Assembly (NCBI GenBank): GCA_040954595.2
Contig: CM082586.2
Location: 5,938,509-6,002,508 of the forward strand
Direction: 5' to 3'
DNA length: 64,000 bases
Source of the DNA: Balanoglossus misakiensis
Lineage: Eukaryota; Animalia; Hemichordata
This document shows positions 44,053-53,739 of the stretch, one piece after another. The notes under the pieces are model-generated. The model had not been told where the DNA came from, searched no databases, and was given only the letters and a program-made list of their open reading frames with translations. The position numbers and the translations under genes were made by a program. Position 1 is the first letter of the stretch, and each line of letters starts with the position of its first letter.

Positions 44053-44253
44053 GTAAGCTCACCCATTTGTACTGTTCGGATATGCTGCCATGGTTACCTG
44101 GGAAGGTTACATTGCAAAAATAGACAAAATTTGCATATTTTGTTTCCTTAATTTCCATTTTAAACATGTCATTCATTATGATTATGATCGATGACACATG
44201 ATTATTATTTTAAATGTATGCTAATGACTTGCATGTTTCTCATCTCTCTCTAG

Positions 44254-44275
44254 AATTCGTTCCTGGGACGACTAA
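44254..44275 (+). CDS. Secreted prepropeptide, terminal coding exon (G)IRSWDD-stop
   Basis: Acceptor tttctcatctctctctag. The phase-2 join gives GGA ATT CGT TCC TGG GAC GAC TAA. Confidence 0.65.
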
Positions 44276-46804
44276 GTGTAATGCTTGTCTCGTGACTTGT
44301 TTATGAAATAACCCGACATTGTTCCATCAGAAAGCGACGCCAAACAGAGAACATTTATTGTCAACATTTACACAATGAGCTATTTTTAAAACGACTTTTG
44401 CGGCTTCATGTTTAACAATAGTTCATGATGCAATTTTTCTCATTAAGCTAATATGATAATAGAACAGTTTGATGTAAACATTTTACAGATAGTCTTGGTT
44501 GGATGTGGCATAAAAACCCCAGTCGGTCATATTGCAATGTAATGATGTTGGAAGATCGGCTGCACTTGCTGTATTAAAGGCCCATGATCATCTTAGATGC
44601 GCATGTGCGTTATTCTGTGTGTGCAAACATTATATGTACAAACATTATGTCCAATCCAAATGTTCTGCAATTTTGCATTCGACCCATTCAAATAGTGGAC
44701 TGCCTATAGTCCTTCCATATTTCATGCGTAGCATATAAGTAGACTGAAATTTTGTCCCCTCTTTTCACCTAATTTGCTGCCTTTTACCAATGTCCGACAC
44801 AATCTATTGTAGCCAACATTTTGTCTGTTCAGTGTTAGGACTCAAAATGCCTTATGGCATTGACTGTATAAAATTGTTGTAACCAGAGTCTCTGGTTTGG
44901 CACATGCGCATAAGATAATCGCCCTCCTTAAAGATGTATATTTTCTCAACATATACTAGTAATATGTGATTTGGCGGCATATCATCAAGCTCAAAGAAGC
45001 TTTGTTTAGACAGTTTCGATATCATTATCTTCAATGAAACAAAATGCGGCATCACAATAAATAATTAATAAATGATTAATAACGGGCACACGCTGACTAA
45101 TTTCTTTTGTGTCGCATATATACGGTAGAACCTTTGAATGATTATTGGAAAGGTATATGAGGATTCTAAGGGGAGGGATAAAATTCACATTTTATGTGAA
45201 GTTTATTATTAGTTTTTATTTGCCATTTCCGCTTTGATCAATAAAATTCACACAATTACTACAACAAAGACTGATAGAATGCCCTTATGTCGTGTTTGCG
45301 GTTATTTTCTCCTTGTGTTCCGGACAGTTCCACATGAAAACTGTGCATCAGTGTGGGGAAAAACAAAATGTCTACATTTCCATGACTTTGTGTAATATCA
45401 GTTGCACATTCAATTCAGGAAGCAAATGGTTTAATTTTTAATTATTGGATTTTTATATTCCAATTACAATGAGCTGTTGGAAATAGGGCTAGCACTTATT
45501 TGCCATGTAGAGTCACCTTAAGTGGTGGGCGTCTTCACCCATTAAACATTTTTATAACTGACCAAGGTATGCAGGTATTTGGCCCAATGTGACACAAATG
45601 CTAGCAACTTTAAGTATAGGCAAAGGTGTATATAATGGCTACTATATACATCATTGCAAACAATCTAGCTATTTAATATTACACTGTTGTGTCCCATGGA
45701 ATCACATTTGTAATGAGAAACTTTGAAGTATGAGTGACGGCTGGTTAGTGATAATTATTTATTTTTTGAGGGTTTAGTTGCCAATGGATGAGAAGTATTG
45801 GGTGGGAGTAATCCATGGGATTTTCTGTTTTGGCTTTAATGCACATCTAACTATAATTGATATTCAAATCACCTGTGAAGCGCGCTGTAATAGAGAATTG
45901 TTGGCTGGCTGGACATATTTACTCTTGGGAATGTTACCTGCGTACAACGTTTGGCTTATTATGTTCCCAATCAGCTTTCCATATTCTGCAGGTGCAATGA
46001 TAAAGGTTTTTTTAATTGGAATTTGTTTTTAATTAAACGCTTATAAGAGGCCTGGGTTATTCCTGACACAGGCTTTTATCCCCCGGGCTTGCCATAAATC
46101 AACATTATAGACAATTCTCGCTAACTTAAATTTTACTTCATGCTAGGGGGTCAAATAAAAGTCTACTACTCACTGTAGTAAGAGTTTGTAGAGATGTTAC
46201 CTGCATATTTCCATGGTTTCTTTGTGTCTAATAGTTTTCTATGTGTAGGACTCGTTTAGTTTTTTATCAGTTTTGTTATTTTCTGCTATAAAAGTTCAGT
46301 ATGACCCAAACATTAATTCAGCTGATGTTCTTACACTTGCTATAAAACATGGCAAATATCTGCCAACTTGAAATTTTGTCACCCATTAAACATTTTTATA
46401 ACTGACTAAGGTATCAAAAATAGAAGATGTATAGGTGAGGCCCGAATTTCCCAGGCCCATTATCATTTCCAATACTCTACGGTATACATATTTAACAGAA
46501 AAACAACATTAGCTCAATCATCTATGCTTGACTTGTGTTGTTGCGTAATCGCAGAAACCACCGCGCCAACGTTTAACAAATGTATTGTGGAGTCTTTCGG
46601 GATCATGACATTTAATGGAAGGGCAAATGACAAGCGTCACGTGTTCAGCCAAGCAACAATCGATAGCTGTCACTACTTTGTTGACCAAGGACTCTGGGGA
46701 CAAATTAGGGCAGGTGTCAGGGGTGGTATTTAAGCGACCCCCGGAGTTGGAAAACCTTCAATATCTACATGACACCTCAACCAGCCAGGTAGTATTAGGC
46801 AACG

Positions 46805-46910
46805 ATGAGAACTTCTGTCAACGTGCGCGTGCCACTGTCTGTTTTCGTCCTAGTTTTCTTGACAGCTGTACATATCACGCAATGTGAAGCGAAAAGTGTG
46901 CGACAAAGAA
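46805..46910 (+). CDS. Secreted hevein-like (chitin-binding type 1) peptide, exon 1 (signal peptide). CDS join(46805..46910,48775..48965), 98 aa
   Basis: Reads MRTSVNVRVPLSVFVLVFLTAVHITQCEA-KSVRQR (hydrophobic core, C-E-A cleavage motif). Donor GAA|GTAAGT, phase 1. TATA-like TATTTAAG at 46727-46734. Too short for the ORF track. Confidence 0.75.
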
Positions 46911-48480
46911 GTAAGTATCACCATCACATTTTTTGTTTAACTTATTTTAGATTAGAATAGTATGCAGTGCTTAATCTAGGATAAGGAGATGCCAACTTCA
47001 CGCTATTTGGTTATTTATGCCCCGTATGTAAAAAAAAATTGAATGGAATCCAAGCTAAAAAGAAATATACCCACTTCAATGAAAACTATTTCAAATAAAA
47101 TCTTTTAATGTTTCCACATTTCTGCATTGAATTAGAAAGAGCCAAAGTCTTACTCAGGCATCCTGTATGAAACACAAATTAGACTTTTGTATAAGGCAAA
47201 CCTTCTTTGTAGATTCAGTGCCTAAAGCATTTTAAATATAGTTTTCTCAGGTTATCCATGGATCATTTTTAAACAAGAAATTAATAACATTCTACTGATT
47301 TTTTAACAATCATTTGCTAGCATGTGTTTGTTAGGATATAAAACATGGTATCAGTATGCTTGCGTCGAAATGTTGAGAATCAAATGTTTTAAGCAGAAAT
47401 CATATACCTGCATGATGCAATTTTTCTGAGAGTTTAATGTTTTAATCTGACATCTACTTTAGAAATGTCAATACATAACATACTATTCTGTCATAATTGT
47501 AATACCGTGACGAATTCACTTTGTTTTGTTTATTTATGCATGATATGTGGCAGGGATTTTGTTGACTTCAGAAAACATTTATTGTCTTCGCGATGCTTGA
47601 CATTTAGTGCATTGTGTGACACTGGTGTTACACATAGCTTAGTAGGCGTGTTGAAACAATTGTCATTTAGTGGATGTGGAGTGTTTAATTAATAATTAAT
47701 TATTTAATTAACTCTACTCTCATTACAGAATTCTATTCAAACTTAATAACATACCACTAATATATCATGTCCTGCAAGATTTTATCTTAAACATCAGATA
47801 TGAACTATTGATATTATATTATGATTGATATGTAGAATCGAAATTACAAGTGCATTTCTCAATTTTGCCCCTGAAAGGTATGTGTAATGCCACGTAGCAT
47901 TGTAAGTTGAAGTACCCTAGCTCAGCTGCAAGGTCACATATAGACTGCCACTGTTGGGGTAGCTTGTGGATATGTTAACGATGCCTGAAGCCAAAAATAC
48001 GCCACTGGCGAAAAGTTTACTTGTATGATTAACACAGGGACCAAATAGGGTAAAACACAGCTGCACTTATCAGAGCATTCTCTTTGAGAATTCAAGCGAC
48101 TGATCAATCGACTTTCCCTAAATAACACGGCTCACATAATAATGATGAATCGCTTATTCTCAGGATCTACAAGTTTCTTGTCATACTAAAATTTTTGCAG
48201 GGGACTTATTTGGCAATCACATGTCATGATTGTTTCATTTTAGAGAGAGTGGGTATATGGATCATCATTCATCATTTATTTCCAAATGTGAGGTTAATAA
48301 CTAGGTTTATTTAAGGGCTGACATTCATACTTTCCTGACACACCTTTACAAGGGCAGACATTATTTATGATAACAACAATCGACGTTGACAACGGCTGTG
48401 TAGTTTAAATTAACCCATAATTACAAGAACAAGTTCTCATTAACAGCTACATCCATTCATCTGGGCCCTGTGTCATTTAA

Positions 48481-48705
48481 AGGGAAGGGGTCGTCGCGCC
48501 GCGAGGGTGTCCCCCTTGATGAGAATATGCCCTCCCATACAAGCGCAAACCCCACTGCAGTCGCCACGACCTACTAGGATCTTCAGTTCCTGCCATGCCC
48601 AGTCTACACTACAGTTGGCTGCTTCATTCATTCTAAGAATGATCTAATTTGTTGTGGATGAATTGTAATGTTTATAAACAAACGCGGCGCGACGACCCCT
48701 TCACT
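48481..48705. mobile_element. MITE, Kolobok-like (TTAA TSD, AG termini), 225 bp
   Basis: 23-bp TIR AGGGAAGGGGTCGTCGCGCCGCG with one mismatch. TTAA at 48477-48480 and 48706-48709. Confidence 0.85.
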
Positions 48706-48774
48706 TTAAACTTTCTCCAGTAAAAAAGTTAAGATTGGATTCACTACATGTATATTATGTGTTCTGAATTTCAG

Positions 48775-48965
48775 TGAAAATATGGCGAGATGACGGCAGA
48801 TGCGGGATTTTGTATCCACTACGGAACGGTCTGCCTTCAGCATGCAATCCGTTGGGAACTTCACCATGCTGCTCTGCTGCAATGTGGTGCGGAAATTCCC
48901 CATCACATTGCCGCTGCAACGATTGCATTGATTTCCGTAAAGTCTTCGCCAATAAAGGTACATAA
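48775..48965 (+). CDS. Secreted hevein-like peptide, exon 2 (8-Cys chitin-binding type 1-like domain)
   Basis: Acceptor ttctgaatttcag, phase 1. Reads (M)KIWRDDGRCG...CNPLGTSPCCSAAMWCGNSPSHCRCNDCIDFRKVFANKGT-stop, with the hevein core CCSxxxWCG. A possible donor AAG|GTACAT at 48957/48958 makes the 3' end uncertain. Confidence 0.85.
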
Positions 48966-49028
48966 TGATTCTATATTGACCTACCACACAGGCAGACAAA
49001 TTAACTGACACACACAAATACGTACATA

Positions 49029-49221
49029 CTGTAAAACACTTTATTTTCGCGAGTCAAAATTTTCGCGATATCGAGAGAGGCCACTTTTTCGCGTGTTCTT
49101 ACTTCATTCACTGCATCGTTATCTTAAAAAAAATGTACGCGACTTTTTATTTTCACGCTATTTTGGCTCTCGCATATTTTCGCGAAAAATTTATTGCTCG
49201 CAAAAATAAAGTGTTTTACAG
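49029..49221. mobile_element. MITE, Tc1/mariner-like (TA TSD), 193 bp
   Basis: 25-bp TIR CTGTAAAACACTTTATTTT(C/T)GCGAG, TA on both sides, internal TTTTCGCG subrepeats. Confidence 0.9.
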
Positions 49222-49590
49222 TACATAAAGTAAAGGTAGTTGGACTTACTTTATATTCTGGTCTACTTTAGTATTGAGCACTTTGTGTAGGACCAGTCAA
49301 ACAGCATACTTCATATTGGATGGTATCTGTGGACATCTGTAAGATGACAAATCACACTAGGCTTGTCAAAGCTAGAAGCTACTAGGTCACCTGTTAACTA
49401 TCAAGGTGTGGAATACGGCAATTTGAACTTCTGAAAGTGAAATTTTCCAACACACGTTAAAGTGGTACCACACTAGGTCTGACAAGAGAAAGAAAGAAAG
49501 ACACAAACATAGCCATTGAGTGACACACAAAGTGACATCAAAGGACACACACAGGGGCATATAGACATGTACACAAAGACGAACACACAC

Positions 49591-49792
49591 CTGGAGGTGC
49601 AGGTTCTGCTTCTGAGTCATCACTGTCACTCCCACTGACACTGTCGTTTTCATCATAGTTGTATTCACGTCTTCGTTTCCGTGGTTTCTCTTCCTTCTTC
49701 TCTGGCTTCCCCTCATCCTCATCATCCTCTAGCTGTTTCTTGAACTCTTCTGCATTTTTGGCAAGTTTCTGTTGCTCTGTTTTCATATCCTG
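49591..49792 (-). CDS. Orphan internal exon encoding a coiled-coil / acidic / basic (NLS-like) segment of an unidentified protein
   Basis: NAGNAG acceptor ttttttagcag. Open frame QDMKTEQQKLAKNAEEFKKQLEDDEDEGKPEKKEEKPRKRRREYNYDENDSVSGSDSDDSEAEPAPP. Donor CAG|GTGTGT. No partner exons recognised in the window. Confidence 0.65.
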
Positions 49793-49850
49793 CTAAAAAA
49801 AATGTACACATGTGCAGTCTTGCAATTTGAAATTCATATTAACACACACA

Positions 49851-49863
49851 CACATACATAAAA

Positions 49864-49894
<31 letters not shown>

Positions 49895-50025
49895 CATACA
49901 TACATACATACATACATACAAACATACATACATACATACATACATACATACATACATACATACATACATACATACATACATACATACATACATACATACA
50001 TACATACATACATACATACATACAT

Positions 50026-50056
<31 letters not shown>
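49851..50056. repeat. Compound microsatellite (CATA)n-(CAGA)n
   Basis: Directly visible. It generates the spurious MYVC/HTYI ORFs. Confidence 0.98.
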
Positions 50057-51046
50057 TACCGGTACATACAGTACAATACGGTACATACATATTGCAAATT
50101 TAAATGTGTACAAATTACCAATACCTGCTTTGTACAATGAAATCATGCTGGGTAATCTATATGCTTTTATCTTGGTAGGTTAACAGAGATGAGATGAGCT
50201 TTTGAGAGAGTACAATCAAGTTCATAAAGATGACATTCCAAATACCTAGACGGAGTGGCACTAATAAGCCTCTGCACGCAATGGACATGGAAGATTGGGA
50301 AAAACTTTTGATTTGTATTGAAATAAATGGCTGTCATATTTTATAGTAGGATTACTATATACACTTGGTCTATTTTGATTATGTTATTTACTCTTTCATA
50401 TTGAAATTAGTTGTAAAACCTGTCTGCCATTAAAGGATTAATTTGAACAAGTCAAACTGTGTTGTCCTCGCTGAATTTCCAATGTTTGCAGACTAGAAGC
50501 TGCCTTCGGCTACTTTAATTGTGGATATTTTTTCTCTGAAAATAACGTTAAATATCAAGCATGGCAATGAAACTAACATTAAACATTAACTTTGCATGTT
50601 TATGCAAGACAGTAACTAGTTCACCAATTCTTTTTCAGAATTTATTAGTAAGTTAAAATACTTGGATTATTCTTTTTCTCTCTCTCATAATTAAAGTGAT
50701 ATCTTCAGCTGCATAACTCCTATAGAAATGAAATGGTTTGGTGCTCAAGAAGAAAATGAGCTTTTCCAACACGTTTATTCATAATTCACATAAAGGCCAT
50801 AGAGTATTTATATTCTCAAAACATGGCAGAACTAGTCAAGCAGGACATAATTAAACCAAGAACAAAATGTAGATGTGTAGATACACGATAAGTAATCCCA
50901 TGGGTAATGTACATTCTATTCTTTCATATTGACCTGTGTTAATCATCACCTTTTCTGTTTACATTAGCCAACCATTTAATCAGCTATGATATATAAATAA
51001 TTAAGTCGAGGTCATTTTTGACAAGAGGAGCATTCATTGAAGTTAA

Positions 51047-51129
51047 CCATTTCACCCCAGTTCTTTCTTTAGAGGTCCAACCTTCCAATATAAAACAATG
51101 GGGTTGAACTGGACCATGGTTGTAAAGGG
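51047..51129. mobile_element. Short piggyBac-like MITE (83 bp)
   Basis: TTAA|CCATTTCACC ... GGTTGTAAAGGG|TTAA: degenerate CC...GG TIRs flanked by TTAA. Confidence 0.6.
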
Positions 51130-51640
51130 TTAAGTCACGACACATGGGTTCTGATCTTCTAGGTGTTCAGAAGGTAATTATTTTCCATTGTAAAGAAAAT
51201 ATTATGAAGTGAGGAGAAAGTCACTATCATGGTATTGTTAACTTTCCTAGCAACACAACTACATACATGTAGATGTGTGTGAATAGTCATTTATCACATT
51301 GGTAATGTACACATAAATGGTTCAATTTGAAATTAGTATTTGGGCATTGAAATTGTACTCCTAAATATCATTCACAATGTCTAGATTTTCTGCCCAATAA
51401 ATGTTGCTTTAAGTCAAACTCATTTTCACAATTCATTTGATGATGATGATGATGATGATGATGGAGACATCGGTTAACTAAACCGAACTGTCTGAGGTAA
51501 TTCTGATAACTAACACAAGGAATTGTGGTATCTTGTATACCAGTGTCAATATTTTTCTCTGTGCAGATCATCATTTTAATGTTTCCAACAAGATCCAACT
51601 ACATTTGCATGTATTTGCATGTATTGAAGTGTCTGGTAAT

Positions 51641-51850
51641 GAGTGCGCCCTCTATAACCACTACCATATATTTCTCCTGATCCAAAATAATATACCATAC
51701 CATGCATTGACAGTGAACATAGTACACTGTACAAGGGTCTGGTGATTGTGAGTGCGCCCTCTATAACCACTACCATATATTTCTCTCACCCAAAATGAAT
51801 ATACAATGTACATGTACCATACCATTGACAGTAAACAAATACTAGTACAA
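51641..51850. repeat. Tandem duplication, ~109-bp unit x2
   Basis: GAGTGCGCCCTCTATAACCACTACCATATATTTCTC starts at both 51641 and 51750. Similarity continues through CATTGACAGT. Confidence 0.85.
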
Positions 51851-52569
51851 TGTAGTACAACTTCAAGTACAAGGTGAGGCCATGTAATACACAGAGCGGT
51901 ACATAGGTTAAGCAGAAGGTGAAACATGTCAATAAGTGTTACAATGGCGTCTTTCAATAAAAAAGGAAAGTCTGTGAGTGTAAATGGGGAGATCATGAGT
52001 TGAAAATATAGGGAGGCTATTTTGAAGAAAACCATCGGACTATTCCCTTTCCATAATACGTGTTGTATTAACTCACCCCCCCCCCCCTCAATGCCCATCA
52101 GCAATCAAATGCAGAACGTCTGGTGGCTCTTTACCACATCACTTGACCAGTTTTATCAACGTCTGGCTGCCTACTTTTCAATTTTTGCGTGCTTTATTTG
52201 TATGTGACAATTGTTGATTTTCGAATTCATCAGGAGAAGATACATTCTGTCTGTTGCCGAATACATCGGACAATTTAGAAAGCGACGTTCTACTGAGTGA
52301 CTGAAAACCCAAACGTACACGATTGAAATTTTGACGTTCAAAGAGAACGCTATCGTTGCTAACCATGCACGTTGCCTGTTTTCGTTTAATCGCTGCATAT
52401 ACAGGACAGACTCTCATCTCGGGAAATGGGGGTGCAAAGTAGAGGCCTCAGTATTTCTCGTAGATCCATGTGGCCAACAACCTAAAATAACGCTGACATT
52501 TTTATACCACAGAAATGTTGCAATTTTCTTTCAGGCTACATGACAAATTAAACTTTGTAACAATGTATA

Positions 52570-53121
52570 GTACTGGGCTCAACTGCCTACGCAAGTTTGT
52601 TACATTTTACGCAAAGTAAACTCTAAGTGCGCATTGAAAATCTCACGGAACCTCTGGGCTATGTTCAAATATAAGGCGTTATTTTTTGGTAGTGGGAGCT
52701 CCGGGTAGAACAGTTAGCCATGGTATGGGTTGAGGGGATCAACTGGGATGGCGAGTACATGTTGTAAATACGGGGTTCCTATCTTGCCATGCAGGGGTGC
52801 AGTGTGCGGCATGGCGAGTCACGTGACGCGTCTGCAAAGCGAAGAGAACCCAGATACATGAGATAGCAGAGAAAGTAGGCGTGCAGTTAGTATTTTTGTA
52901 TCCGTCCTGATTATTTTCTGTATTTTGATGTTATTTCAGATTCTGCGGACTATCGAGCGAGGCTTGTGCAACAATAAATGGATGGAGTGATCATAATTAA
53001 ATCAAGTAATGGTGACAAGATTACAAGAAGTTGCGTTTAAGGTGGGATAACTGTTTTTTCTGGATATAAAGTACTATCTGGCGACGGCCAACGTTTCAGG
53101 AACCTGAGGTCCGACTGTCCT
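52570..53121. mobile_element. Degenerate non-autonomous DNA transposon, Kolobok-like
   Basis: Right end ...GACTGTCCT|TTAA. It interrupts the pseudogene reading frame exactly at this TTAA. The left end is not resolved. Confidence 0.35.
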
Positions 53122-53177
53122 TTAAAGATAGTTTCGCCTCCAGTCAGTGTTCTGCTCGATACGTTTATATATGCCAC

Positions 53178-53739
53178 TGTCGTGTAGGGACCTGTCCCTA
53201 TACTCAAACACAACACTCTTCAAAAAGGCCGGGACTAAGACCAAAAACCCATCGTCACGTCGCCATCCTCACACACACTCAATTTGTAACAATACACAAG
53301 GGCCCGGGACATAAAGACACCCCTGGAAACTAGCCGATAAAAACGAATGACACAGCGCAAAGACGTGTGAAAGTCTCCCAAGTCTGCAAATGAGGCCGCA
53401 CTTTTCGTACGGGGGGAACCGCTCACTACAAACTGCCTCCAAGTTGGCCATGGCGGAGAGACCTAAACACACACGTCCCGACTGTGCTGGACCCCACACT
53501 CACTCGAAAATTCACTCAATCCGCTCACTCTCAGGCGACTACGAACCCCAACAGACCAAATGCCCCGCCAAAAATTCCGACACACTTGTCGCAAAACCTC
53601 TGGCTAGATGGGCTACCCTGTCCGGGCCTCCCATATATAAGAAAAGGGAAAATCCGGCACGCGGCGCCGGCGGAGTTGTTGATCGTCGGATACAGCCGTC
53701 CCACCCGACTTCACGCCTACCCAACCCCTAGACATGACA
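53178..53739 (-). mobile_element. Solo LTR-like element (562 bp)
   Basis: Ends are imperfect inverted repeats TGTCGTGTAGGG ... CCCTAGACATGACA (TG...CA). It is GC-richer than its flanks, strand-biased, and has TATATA ~100 bp from one end. No target-site duplication is visible. Confidence 0.55.

Noticed and set aside
49793-50183. Overlapping ORFs of MYVC/HTYI repeats (also at 55032-55320)
   Set aside because: They are translations of (CATA)n microsatellites.
51368-51598. Poly-His ORF (and poly-Met ORF at 39973-40194)
   Set aside because: These are (GAT/CAT)n microsatellite artefacts.
51641-51850. Repeat-spacer-repeat pattern reminiscent of CRISPR (also 45535-46414)
   Set aside because: Only two copies, the apparent spacers are themselves similar or far too long, there are no cas genes, and the context is eukaryotic.
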